DNA from: Candidatus Poribacteria bacterium
GTDB lineage: Bacteria; Poribacteria; WGA-4E; WGA-3G
Assembly: GCA_965246985.1 (NCBI GenBank)
Contig: OZ251998.1
Span: 4,874,307-4,938,306, forward strand
Direction of reading: 5' to 3'
DNA length: 64,000 bases
Shown here: in pieces, positions 30,873 to 41,233 of the stretch
Position numbering within the stretch: position 1 is the stretch's first letter
Layout of the letters: each line of letters opens with the position of its first letter
Position numbers and translations under genes: made by a program
The notes under the pieces: generated by a model
The model's input: only the letters and a program-made list of their open reading frames with translations
The model's database searches: none
Told to the model about the DNA's origin: nothing

Positions 30873-32025
30873 TACCATATTAACGCGACTATTCTTGTGT
30901 ATATTTTTTAGATATGTTATTGTGAAGAGATGAAAAAGCAAAAACATGAGGTTTTCCCCCACTTTTCAGTAGAAGTTGTTAAACAAAGGTATCTTGAATG
31001 TGAATGTCTTCGGGAACGGACGCACTGGCATATTATTTGGCTCCTTGCGGATACCAGAGATTCACGCACCCCCCGGCAAGTCGCTGAGATTGTAGGATGC
31101 ACGCCGGACTGGGTTCGCAAGTTGCTCAAACGCTATAATGCTGAAGGCGAAGCCGCTTTGCGAGATAAACGCAAAAATAATACAGGTGTGCGTTTTTTGG
31201 ATGAAACACAGCAAGCCGCCCTTGCAGCTGCCCTTTCTGCGCCTCCTGGTGATGGGGGTCTTTGGACGGGTCCGAAAGTGGCTGCGTGGATATCTGAGAC
31301 ACTCCAGCGTCGTGTCAGTGACGTGTCAGGTTGGAAATATCTCAAACGTCTCGGTTATACTTTACAAACACCTCGTCCGCAACATCAGGCAGCCGCAACA
31401 CCCGAGGCACAGCAAACATTTAAAAAAAAACTCAAGGAGCGGGTAGCTACGCTTGAAAGTCAGCACCCAGAGAAACCGGTAGAGATCTGGGCAGAAGACG
31501 AGACGCGCTTGGGATTATTGCCGGTTCATCGGCGTGTCTGGGCGAAGCGAGGTGAAAGACCGATAGCCCCCGTGTGTCCGGCATATAAGTGGTTTTATGG
31601 TTTCGGTTTTGTCCGTCCACAGACAGGTGAGACCTATTGGCTGCTGATGCCGAGTGTGAGTGTTGAAGTCATGAACCTTGCCTTGGCAGAGTTTGCGCGT
31701 GATGTGAACCCGGAAGGCAAGAAACAGATAATCCTTTTGTTAGATCGTGCCGGTTTTCACACGGGTAAGGATTTAGAAGTCCCAGAAGGGATTGAGTTAT
31801 TTCATTTGCCCCCGTACACACCAGAACTTCAACCTGCCGAACGGCTCTGGCCTTTGTTGCGAGAGGTGGTTGTGAATAAAGTTTTTACAACGCTCTCAGC
31901 ACTTGAAGAAGCCGTTGTGAAAAGGTGTCAATGGTTCTCTGAAAACACAAAGAAGGTGCAGGCACATGTCGGTTTTCAGTGGATTTGCAAAATGGAAAAA
32001 TAATACAAATCACGTTAATTTGGTA
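30873..32025 (+). mobile_element. IS630-family element
   Basis: Ends TACCATATTAAC / GTTAATTTGGTA; TAA duplicated at 30870-30872 and 32026-32028. Confidence 0.9.
30930..32003 (+). CDS. IS630 transposase (single open frame)
   Basis: HTH N-terminus; EDETR, LLDRAGFH, LPPYTPELQPAERLW DDE motifs. Confidence 0.92.
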   Translation: MKKQKHEVFPHFSVEVVKQRYLECECLRERTHWHIIWLLADTRDSRTPRQVAEIVGCTPDWVRKLLKRYNAEGEAALRDKRKNNTGVRFLDETQQAALAAALSAPPGDGGLWTGPKVAAWISETLQRRVSDVSGWKYLKRLGYTLQTPRPQHQAAATPEAQQTFKKKLKERVATLESQHPEKPVEIWAEDETRLGLLPVHRRVWAKRGERPIAPVCPAYKWFYGFGFVRPQTGETYWLLMPSVSVEVMNLALAEFARDVNPEGKKQIILLLDRAGFHTGKDLEVPEGIELFHLPPYTPELQPAERLWPLLREVVVNKVFTTLSALEEAVVKRCQWFSENTKKVQAHVGFQWICKMEK

Positions 32026-32723
32026 TAACTCCTTCCCATCAATAGCGATGCCTTGTAGACGCTGTGTTTTCAAAACATGAAGACTTTCAAGTTTTGAAAA
32101 CACCCATTTCGTTAGGGAGGCTTCGAGACTCGCTACGTCAAGACGCTTCAAGAGATTATGCAGTGTTGACGCACGCGGGGTCTTCTTAGATCTGAAACCT
32201 AATGCTTGGATCAGTTCGGGTTGGCTTCCTGCCCACGTCGCTACAGAGGTATAACCTTTATGTCCCGTCATCAGACCGATGACGATCAAAGCCAAGATAG
32301 AGACCAAAGGATAGCGTTTGCCTTTTTTATGGCGCGGATCCGGCACTTCTGCTAATATATCAAGTAAGTGGCAAGAGGAATTGCTTGTCATGATTCACCT
32401 CAAAAAATAGGTTCATTTTTTACGGTGAAGGATAGCACATATCGCGTGAAAAATCACGCGATATGTGCTATCTCAAAATATTAACAGATGTGAAAAATAT
32501 TACAAAAAATTCCGAAAACTGAATAGTCCTGAAGGCTATGGAGATAGCCAAGAGGTGTCAAAATAGGATGTAACAGCGGTGCCTGTGGGGCGAACTGTGT
32601 GTTAAAAAAGATCCCGCCCAGTGTCAATGCGACATGTACGGACGGGAACCTTGTTGTGAGTGGATATGACAGCAGCCCCAACAACTTTGACAATTTGAAA
32701 AATTTGATTTTATTTGAAAACTG

Positions 32724-33139
32724 TCATTTTCTAATAAGAATAGGGCCTTTGACTTCCTTTACGAACTGTGCGCTCCACACTGTACAGAACTCTTGTCGAC
32801 AGACCTCTTCTAACCCTGGAATCCAAGTGACAATATGTTTAGGGTTGTCACGATTCCAATGAATCTTCCACCAAATATGATTATCATTCTCTACAGGTCC
32901 ATCAACAATTTCACCTATTGCACCATCAAATACATGTCCAGCTATAAATCGATCACCAAGTTTTGGTTCTCCTCGCGTGTGCAAACCGTGTGGTTGACCA
33001 TTTTCCAAAATCTGGTTTACGTTTTGAACAATAACGAAAACGCCAATTCTGAATTCTTCTTGTTCGTCTTCGGGTAGATCTTCAATTTGATTATTCCCTA
33101 TAACAGGATCTTCTACAACTTCTTCTACATCTGATATTT
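32724..33139 (-). pseudogene. 5'-truncated gene remnant (acidic linker plus SH3-like domain)
   Basis: Open frame EISDVEEVVEDP...GEIVDGPVENDNHIWWKIHW with no start codon, abutting the IS701 remnant. Confidence 0.5.
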
Positions 33140-33164
33140 CTCAAAACATTGTTTGATTCAATAG

Positions 33165-34331
33165 TTATGAGTGTTCTTGTGTGTTCTGTTCATGAAAATG
33201 CGCGCTGATGATAGACAACATCTGCCTTTCAGCAGAAAGTTGAAGTTTTATCTGATGAAAAGTTAGGCGTGTTGAGCGCCTCACCTGTTGGATCATGAGA
33301 TAACTGAAGATCTTTATGCCTAAGGTGTACCATAGGCCCCGTTTCGTTGGTGTAAACTCATCGCTGAAAGTCGGAGATCGGTTTTCAGATGTCGCCAAAA
33401 CTGTTCTATGCCGTGGTGTTGGGCCCAAATATGGAGTATCTCTGCGGATCGTAAAGGTTTCCCAAAGACCATCAGGGTTTGCGTTTTCCGGTGCGTCGAA
33501 AAAAAGAGAAGCACGAGTTCGCCAAAAGTCGGACTCTTTGCCCGGAGCCGCCGCACCGGTTTATCACACGTCCATTGATTCGCAAGCAACTTGACGTTTT
33601 GCTTATGTTCTGAAAGTTTGGCAGTTTTACCGTCAATCTCCATGACATAGTTGCTTTTACCGTGGATAAGAATACAAGTAAACCCTAACTCTAATAACGC
33701 CTCAATGAGATCTTTACTGCCATACCAAGAATCAAAGGGGATCGGATACTTTCTCAGATCAACACCTTCGGCATCAAAGACATCAAGGACTTCTTCGATC
33801 AGAGTCCGAAAGCACGTCGATTTATCGGTGTTTCCTCTGCCTTGCTTACTGATAATGCGGATATTCAGTGGCAGGATCACGTCGCCAATCTTCAGGGGGA
33901 TCGCCAATATATTTCGGCATTTGATAGCATTGTTGTGCTGTTTCGACCACCACTTATAGCAATACGAAAGTGTCTTGGCATATCGCGGGTCATTGGTATC
34001 ATCAACACTTATCGTGATACAACGCCGCGAACGCGTCGCCGCACTTTTCGATGCCGCAGCGCGTATCTCTTCAACGGAAACCATAGCAGAACTGATACCC
34101 ACTAATAAAGACTTCCACTGATGCAGACTCACGTCTTTGAGTTCTCAATAGAGTTTGGCTTTCGAGAGGCCTAAAGCATCGGCGACTTGATTCGGGTTGT
34201 AAAGTCCAAAGAGAGGTCTTCCCCGTTGAAAGTAAAAGCAAGGTTTCACAGAGGGCAGGCATCATAGCCCGAGAGTTCGCATACAAAGCGGATTGAAAAA
34301 ACGTCACTGATGTGATAACATGTTCTCGCAT
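33165..34331 (-). pseudogene. IS701-like DDE transposase, frameshifted
   Basis: ISVDDT, FDSWY, IEQFWR; coding is spread over three frames; element ends not resolved. Confidence 0.75.
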
Positions 34332-34590
34332 GAGATGTCCTCCTAAAAGGTGTAGTTAACTCTTAGGATGCCATCTCATGCGCTAAAAATCAAGAAACTT
34401 TTTAAAAACGAAACGCATTTTCATAACACGACACGCTCTTAGGCAACGCCGTTAGTAAAGTAACCATAACTCTGATAAATATCAGTATAGTTAATTGTGG
34501 GTTTTACTATAGTCCGATAGAAACGGTATTTGTGTAGAAACTGAGTACTGACAACTGACTGCTGATGGCTAATTCAATGGAGGTAACCCA

Positions 34591-35343
34591 ATGCGAATCA
34601 AAATCCTTGCCGATGTTGGGGACGAACTTACCCTCCCCGTTAACTACAACCACCTGCTCACAGGCGTAATCTACCGGTTCCTCGCAGAATCCGATCCTGA
34701 ATACGCATCCTTCCTACACAACGAAGGCTATCTCGCCGCAGAGAAACATTTCAAACTCTTCACCTTCTCACAACTCATGGCGGAACGCAGGCGCATCACC
34801 GGTGACAAGATCCATTTCCGTTCAACTTTAACATGGTACATCTCCTCCTCAGTAGAACGCTTTCTGTCCCATTTTGCCGATACACTCTTAAGCGAGGGAC
34901 GTTTATCTCTTGGACACCGCCACTTACAAGTCAGAGATGTCACCGTGCCGCGCATCCCGCGTTTCCAATCAGAAATGCATTTCCGGTGCCTCTCCCCGAT
35001 TGTGATGAGCACTGTCCGTGAGTGGGATGGCAAACAGAGCACGTACTACTGCATGCCGGACGATCCAGCACTCTCCGAACTCATTCACCAAAACCTGATG
35101 CGCAAATACGAGGCGATCCACGGTCGCGCACCGCACGACGACACTTTAACATTCCGTTTCGACACCGACTATATCAGCAGACGACAAGGACGCGTCACAC
35201 GTCTCGTAGACTACAAAGGCATCAAGATAAAAGGGGTAATGTGTCCATTCCGTGTATCGGGGAGTACTCCGTTGATCCAAACAGGTTACGAATGCGGTTT
35301 CGGCGACAAAAACAGTGCCGGTTTCGGCATGGCAGAAGTCTAA
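34591..35343 (+). CDS. cas6: CRISPR-associated endoribonuclease Cas6 (orphan)
   Basis: LPVNYNH, FLHNEGY, FKLFTFS, LSPI, C-terminal G-loop GFGDKNSAGFG; GGAGG RBS. Confidence 0.92.
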   Translation: MRIKILADVGDELTLPVNYNHLLTGVIYRFLAESDPEYASFLHNEGYLAAEKHFKLFTFSQLMAERRRITGDKIHFRSTLTWYISSSVERFLSHFADTLLSEGRLSLGHRHLQVRDVTVPRIPRFQSEMHFRCLSPIVMSTVREWDGKQSTYYCMPDDPALSELIHQNLMRKYEAIHGRAPHDDTLTFRFDTDYISRRQGRVTRLVDYKGIKIKGVMCPFRVSGSTPLIQTGYECGFGDKNSAGFGMAEV

Positions 35344-35443
35344 ATATACGACCATAACATTCTGAATCCGGTAGTCACTGACAACTGACAACCATCCCGC
35401 TGACCCCTGATTGCTGACAACTGAATGCCTCTGCCCTGAGAAA

Positions 35444-35565
35444 CAGGGTCATTTAGTTCTCCGATAAAAGTGAACACTCAATCTCAATATACCCCTGTAG
35501 AAGCACGCTCCGATTCGCGACTTTCCTAACAAAATGGATAAAAAGCTGAAAACTAAATAGCCCTG
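35444..35565. mobile_element. 122-bp ISAs1-type MITE
   Basis: CAGGGTCATTTAGTT / AACTAAATAGCCCTG; 10-bp TSD CCCTGAGAAA. Confidence 0.85.
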
Positions 35566-35666
35566 CCCTGAGAAATCAAACGCATTGACCCCTTAAATGA
35601 ATTATGGTACAATGGAAAACATCAACGGCATAGACAAACGGACACGAGGACAGCGAAAGGAGAAAA

Positions 35667-36820
35667 TGATGAAAACATATCGGATCGGAATTTTGGGATG
35701 TAGAGGACGCGGGACAGCAGCGGCACGGGCATATCATGCACACCCACGCACAGAGATCGTGGCACTCTGCGATCTGGTTGAAGAACGCCTGAACACCTTG
35801 GGTGAAGAAGTCAACGTCACGACACACTTCACCGATTTAGATGAGATGATCCAGCAGACGCAACCCGACATCGTCGCGATCCCCACCGGCACGGAGTTCC
35901 ATTACGATCTGTGTATGCGTGTGCTGGAACACGGTGTCCACATTGAAGTTGAGAAACCGATGTGCATAGATCTTGTGGAAGCGGATGCTGTTATCGCTAA
36001 AGCGGAAGAGAAAGGCGTGCAGGTCGCCGTGCATCATCAGGGTCGGGTCGGCGCATCTATGCAGGCACTTGCACGTGCTTTTAATGCCGGGAAAATCGGT
36101 GAACTACGCTATATGTACGGCAGCGGGAAAGGCTACTACGGCGGTTACGGATTGATGAACATCGGCACACACATGCTGAACAACATGTTGCACTTCGGGA
36201 AACGCTGCGAAAGCATTGTTGCACACCTAACGACAGGCGGAAAACCGATCGCAGCTACAGATGTTGTGCCATCACCGAGCGGTATGGGAACGATCGCCGG
36301 TGAATATATCACCGCAACGTTGCAGTATGAAGGTCACGTCACCGGCACGCTGCTCCAACACCGGTTTCCCAAGATGGATACGGATGCATATTCTATGGAA
36401 CTCTACGGGACTGAGGGGCGACTTTTATGGAAGATCGGTGGGGCATGGTGGCTCCCAACACCACATTATCTGCCCGACGGCACACACGACCAATGGGAAG
36501 CGTTGGAGCTTATCTACCCAGAACACTACGATCCCAAAAGTAGCGCGTCGGAGATGGATTACTGGTTCGTGGAGGATTACGTCAACGCGTTAGATGAAGG
36601 CAGGGCACATACGTGCAGTGGCACCGAGGGACGACACATTATTGAGATGATGATGGGGATTTTTGAATCGGCGGCGTATGGCACACGTGTGGATCTCCCA
36701 CAATCCGATCGGCGGCACCCGTTGTTAAGATGGCGTGAAGAATCAGGATTGGAACCGCCGGCAGAGATGCCGCGGGCGTATGGCGAATGGCTAACGTTGG
36801 AATCCGATCGGATTAACTAA
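35667..36820 (+). CDS. Gfo/Idh/MocA oxidoreductase
   Basis: YRIGILGC, EKPM, IGTH; start approximate (MMKTYRIG). Confidence 0.85.
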
Positions 36821-36981
36821 CCTTCAGAAATTCAATTTTTTATCGCTGGCGAGGTTTTGCGGCGTACGCACCCAAATTTGGTTTCCCACACGCGGAAACC
36901 AAATTTTGCTTCGCAGTGAGAATGCTTTACATTTGCGATCTGCATTCCCAACCTCGCCTTTCTCATAACAACTCGGCGCGC

Positions 36982-37944
36982 CTACATTATCTGCGCGATA
37001 ATTGCGTTTGTCTGCAACCCAGCCTCACCTGAACACCGGATCGGTTCACCCGTCTTGAGGTGGTTGACGAAATCCTCAACAAGCCCTGTATGCGTATGCG
37101 GCAGTCGGTTTTGATGCAGTTCAATCTGCCCTTCTAATTTTGTCTCAAGGGTCAGGTTCCCAGAATTCAGCGGTGAACATCGTAAACACCCCTCCGTGCC
37201 GTAGACCTCAACGTCGTCAATCGAGACTCCGACATTCCAGTTGATGTTCGCAACCGCATGCACACCACTCTCAAAACGGAGCGTAAACACGGTGGAGTCG
37301 TCAACCTCAATATCCAGATGAACGGTCTCCGCATATCCTTGCACAGATTCGATGCCCCCCATAAGATACTGAAGGAGCGAGATGCGGTGGCTACCGAGAT
37401 CCATCAGCACACCGCCACCGCTGACTTTTGGATCCACCCGCCAGCTGCTCAGATCGTGCCGATTCGGATTATAGAAACCTGTATGATTGACTCGCGCAAG
37501 CACTACGTCACCAATAGCACCCTCATCCATCAACGCCTTCATTTTCACGATATTCGGATAGAAATTCCGGTAATAAGCAAGCATCAAGGTAACACCCGCG
37601 TCGTGGCAGGCATCCACCATACGTTGACACTCGTCAACCGTCATCGCCATCGGTTTCTCACAGAGGACGTGCTTACCTGCTTCCGCCACACGGAGCGTGT
37701 GTTCACAGTGGAGATATGGCGGCGTTGCGATGTAAATCGCATTGAGTACGTCATCTGCAAGGAGTGCGTCTATGTCGGTATAGACCCTTTTCGCGCCGTG
37801 TCTCTCGGCAAAGGCTTCCGCTTTCGCACGGTCCCGTCGCATCACAGCGATGAGTTCCGAGTCGTCAACGCTATAGAGGGGCGGTCCACCTTTATATTCA
37901 GCGACATCGCCACAACCGAGTATGCCCCATCTGAGTGTTGCCAT
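36982..37944 (-). CDS. Gfo/Idh/MocA oxidoreductase
   Basis: WGILGCG, CEKPM, GGGVLMDLGSH. Confidence 0.9.
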   Translation of the reverse strand: MATLRWGILGCGDVAEYKGGPPLYSVDDSELIAVMRRDRAKAEAFAERHGAKRVYTDIDALLADDVLNAIYIATPPYLHCEHTLRVAEAGKHVLCEKPMAMTVDECQRMVDACHDAGVTLMLAYYRNFYPNIVKMKALMDEGAIGDVVLARVNHTGFYNPNRHDLSSWRVDPKVSGGGVLMDLGSHRISLLQYLMGGIESVQGYAETVHLDIEVDDSTVFTLRFESGVHAVANINWNVGVSIDDVEVYGTEGCLRCSPLNSGNLTLETKLEGQIELHQNRLPHTHTGLVEDFVNHLKTGEPIRCSGEAGLQTNAIIAQIM

Positions 37945-38171
37945 GAAAATATCCCTTTCTCAATTCAGAGTGTGATCATCGCCGTTAGTATACTATAAAA
38001 CTTCTAACGTGTCAACAACACTTCCGCGCTTTAGTCCGGTCCTCTTCGCTGGCGAGGTTTTGCGGCGTACGCGCCCAAATGCGATCTGCATTCCCAACCT
38101 CGCCTCTTTTTCGTTGAATACCAGACACAAATCTGTTAGGATGTTCTGGAAGGAAAATAGGAGGATGGACG

Positions 38172-38567
38172 ATGGCAACTGATTCAATACTTGAGGAGAT
38201 CGCCCCTTTTTTCATAGTCAAAAACCTTGCTGTCTCAATTGACTTTTACAATCAGAAACTCGGTTTTGAGACGGATCTACTCGTTCCAGAAGAGGATCCG
38301 TTTTTTGGGATAGTGTCTCGTGATAATGTGCGGATTCTTCTGAAACATATCACTGAATTTATTCATCCAGTACCCAACCATACCCAGCATGCGTGGGCAA
38401 AATGGGATGCTTTTATCTGGGTTTCCGATCCTGACGCGCTGTATGCTGAGTATCAGTCGCGTGGACTGGCGTTCCACGAACCCCTCGCAGACACCGACGA
38501 CGGTCTCCGCGCCTTTGAACTCAAGGACCATGACGGTTATGTTTTGTGTTTTGGGAAACCGCTTTGA
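38172..38567 (+). CDS. VOC/bleomycin-resistance family protein, copy 1
   Basis: DFYNQKLGF, FELKDHDGYVLCFG. Confidence 0.85.
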   Translation: MATDSILEEIAPFFIVKNLAVSIDFYNQKLGFETDLLVPEEDPFFGIVSRDNVRILLKHITEFIHPVPNHTQHAWAKWDAFIWVSDPDALYAEYQSRGLAFHEPLADTDDGLRAFELKDHDGYVLCFGKPL

Positions 38568-38625
38568 GCGAAGATGCGATGAAAATGTGTAATCTTGACA
38601 TTAATGGAAACAGGATGATATTACA

Positions 38626-39021
38626 ATGACAACGCGTTCAGCAATTAAGAAGATCGCCCCTTTTTTTATTGTTGAAAACCTCGCTGCGTCAGTTGACTTC
38701 TACAAGCAGAAACTCGGTTTTGAGACGGATCTACTCGCTCCAGAAGATGACCCGTTTTTTGGGATCGTGTCTCGTGATAACGTACGGATTCTTCTGAAAC
38801 ATATCACTGAATTTATCCATCCAGTACCGAACCACATACGGCACGAGTGGGCGAAGTGGGATGCTTTTATCTGGGTTTCCGATCCTGACACGCTATTTGC
38901 CGAGTATCAGTCGCGTGGACTGGCGTTCCACGAACCGATCGCGGACACCGACGATGGTCTCCGCGCCTTTGAACTTAAGGACCGTGATGGGTATGTTTTG
39001 TGTTTCGGGAAACCGCTTTGA
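38626..39021 (+). CDS. VOC/bleomycin-resistance family protein, copy 2
   Basis: Near-identical tandem paralogue, 131 aa. Confidence 0.85.
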   Translation: MTTRSAIKKIAPFFIVENLAASVDFYKQKLGFETDLLAPEDDPFFGIVSRDNVRILLKHITEFIHPVPNHIRHEWAKWDAFIWVSDPDTLFAEYQSRGLAFHEPIADTDDGLRAFELKDRDGYVLCFGKPL

Positions 39022-39093
39022 GGAATAAGGGCATAGAAAGGAGGTCAGATCTCATGTTTTGTTAGTTTGTTAGCCCCAGCAGAGAATTATTCG

Positions 39094-39903
39094 TCATTCT
39101 CCGAGATTTTTAAAAACAGAAGATTTCTCATCTTCGACTAATTTTTCCACTCCTTCTATGCCAATTGAATTCTGTTGAATTAATGCTAAGGCATGCTCAA
39201 TTCTATACACCAACATCATTCCTGAATTAACCTTTGATTTTACTCCGACGTTAGTTTGAATTAAATCACCCGCAACTTCCTCTTCAAAATATCCAGACAC
39301 AACACCCGCAAATAGTAAAAGGTTTGGCACGCCTCTCATACTCAGTCCGCCTTCCTTGGGTGAGATCAATTGCGTTTTTTTATATACGACTGGTCCGCCA
39401 GAAAAACCTGAGTTGTTGTGTCCATCTAACAGTAGATAATCCAGATTTCCTGCCGATACTTTAGCTGATTTTAATATAGCAAATGGGATGTTGGCACCTA
39501 TATCAGCCTCTCTTCCATGAGGAAAACCTAAAAAATACATTTCATCCCCATACCATATTCCATTTGTCTCCGTTGGAAATTCAAACCCACCTAATATAGG
39601 CAATGGTATTTGTGCAGTCAATACCGAAATATCAATTTCTTGCTCACAATGTCCGATGATCCTAATTGGGATTGGGTTCCATCGTTTGTTAAACTTTATA
39701 TCTATAGAATCACCGCGAAATTCCCAATAATCATGTTCATCTTTGTGTATGAAAAGGTGCTGAGCAGTAATAATATATTGCCTATTGTCCACGTTAATGG
39801 TAAAACAAGTTCCGGAGGCGAACCTATTTTTTCCACTGGAATTTGTCTGTTTAATTCGTATATGAAACGTGCTTTTTAAAAGACTCAAAGGGATGATATT
39901 CAT
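39094..39903 (-). CDS. Trypsin-like serine protease
   Basis: TAQH, DISVL, GFSGGPV catalytic triad motifs; AT-rich. Confidence 0.8.
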   Translation of the reverse strand: MNIIPLSLLKSTFHIRIKQTNSSGKNRFASGTCFTINVDNRQYIITAQHLFIHKDEHDYWEFRGDSIDIKFNKRWNPIPIRIIGHCEQEIDISVLTAQIPLPILGGFEFPTETNGIWYGDEMYFLGFPHGREADIGANIPFAILKSAKVSAGNLDYLLLDGHNNSGFSGGPVVYKKTQLISPKEGGLSMRGVPNLLLFAGVVSGYFEEEVAGDLIQTNVGVKSKVNSGMMLVYRIEHALALIQQNSIGIEGVEKLVEDEKSSVFKNLGE

Positions 39904-40403
39904 GTTAAATTCCTTTATTAGTGAAGGGTGTTCTATTTTATATTGGCAACGCCAACCTCAGATAAGAAATTATATCACATACGTGAACTGGTATCAAGGT
40001 GTTTTACGCACATCCGGGATTGTTTAGTTTCCGATTTGCTGCCCATTTTAGGAGGCTATACACATGCCGCCCTTACAGGGCTAAAGCGGATAGCAGGAAC
40101 ATTTTCTATAAACATGCCGTTCCTAATGAAGTTTAAGTATTTAAACGGGTAATTTTCGGTTTCCTTGTCGGGACCGGTGCGGTTAGGAAACCGCACCTAC
40201 CGGGTTTGGGATTCGAGCCCTAATTACCCAATTTATTTGTTAATCTTCATACGGAACTGGAGAATGGAAAACTAAAAATCTCGACTTTCAACGCAATTTA
40301 CCTAACGATTTGACGTGCCTGTTGAATCCGTGCTATAATTATTCAACAGGCAATGGTGGTGTCCAAGCCAAGGAAAAGGAATCAGATAAATGGAGAGACG
40401 GGA

Positions 40404-40751
40404 ATGCAAATTGAAGAATATTTTAACTTTTTAGCAGCAGATGACATTCGGATAAGAGGCACACGCATCGGTATTGAGAGTATGCTATATGAATATATCC
40501 ACCGTGCGCAAACGCCTGAACAGATCGCGGAACGTTTCCGGACGCTGACGTTGGAACAGGTCTACGCGACAATTCTTTATTACCTACAAAACTTGGAAAA
40601 AGTGGGTGCGTATTTAGCGGATTATCTCCAATACTGCCAAGCAGCACGGGAGGAATACGAGAAAAATCTGCCTCCGGTTGTCGTCCGTCTGCAAGAACTC
40701 AGGACAGAAACGCGGGATAGTACATCAAGTGCAATACCCTCCCCATCCTAA
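40404..40751 (+). CDS. DUF433 family protein
   Basis: IRGTRIGIE...TPEQIAERF..LTLEQVYATILYY. Confidence 0.85.
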   Translation: MQIEEYFNFLAADDIRIRGTRIGIESMLYEYIHRAQTPEQIAERFRTLTLEQVYATILYYLQNLEKVGAYLADYLQYCQAAREEYEKNLPPVVVRLQELRTETRDSTSSAIPSPS

Positions 40752-40927
40752 AACAAAAAAATCAGATCGCCGCGTATCAGTTAGCTGGACACATTCAGAG
40801 CCATTCAGTTTTTGGTTTTCTACCGGTCTCAGGCAAGGGTCGCGATCAGGAGATCGCTCCTACAAGAAAACCATACCCCCGCTTTCAAAATATCTCCGCT
40901 TGAAAACTTATCCAAAGCACTGTATAA

Positions 40928-41016
40928 TACCAAATTAACCCCATTTGTAGCGCGAGGTCCCTGTGCCTCGCAATGCTGACTTGATCAAAAAGACTTCTAA
41001 TCACGTTAATTGGGTA
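40928..41016. mobile_element. 89-bp IS630-type MITE inserted in a -10 box
   Basis: TACCAAATTAAC / GTTAATTGGGTA; TAA duplication; uninterrupted paralogous promoter at ~43260-43289. Confidence 0.9.
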
Positions 41017-41051
41017 TAATAAACGCAAAATTGGGTTGAGGTGCTATTGCC

Positions 41052-41233
41052 TTGAGTGACATTCCGAAAACACATTTCCGCTACCTCTCATTGACACTAC
41101 GAGACACAATCGTTGAAGGCGTAGCGCACGGGCGTGGAGGAGGCGTTGGAAGTGCCGACACGCAAAGACTATAGCAACGAAGCGACGTTACAGAAATCAC
41201 TACAGCATATCAGCAGGAGCGGAGATGGCTAAC
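41052..41233 (+). pseudogene. Internally deleted copy of the phosphopantothenate synthetase gene
   Basis: SDIPKTHFRYLSLTLRD start and DYSNEA...QHISRSG end match 43320-44111. Confidence 0.8.

Larger units (their letters stand above)
30054..32391 (-). pseudogene. ISAs1 transposase in two pieces
   Basis: VPDPR...AIDGKEL|CGS...KTNEIP...TTDALLTQ...HWTIENKVHWVRD; rejoins in frame on removing IS630. Confidence 0.9.
30029..32531 (-). mobile_element. ISAs1-family element interrupted by IS630
   Basis: Ends CAGGGCTATTCAGTTTTC / GAAAACTGAATAGTCCTG; 10-bp TSD AAGGCTATGG at 30019-30028 and 32532-32541. Confidence 0.9.

Noticed and set aside
30054-30962. 302-aa ORF with its annotated start
   Set aside because: The N-terminal ~30 residues come from the IS630 end; the rest is the C-terminal part of the ISAs1 transposase.
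35344-35600. CRISPR array next to cas6
   Set aside because: Only degenerate heptamer repeats and an ISAs1-type MITE are present.
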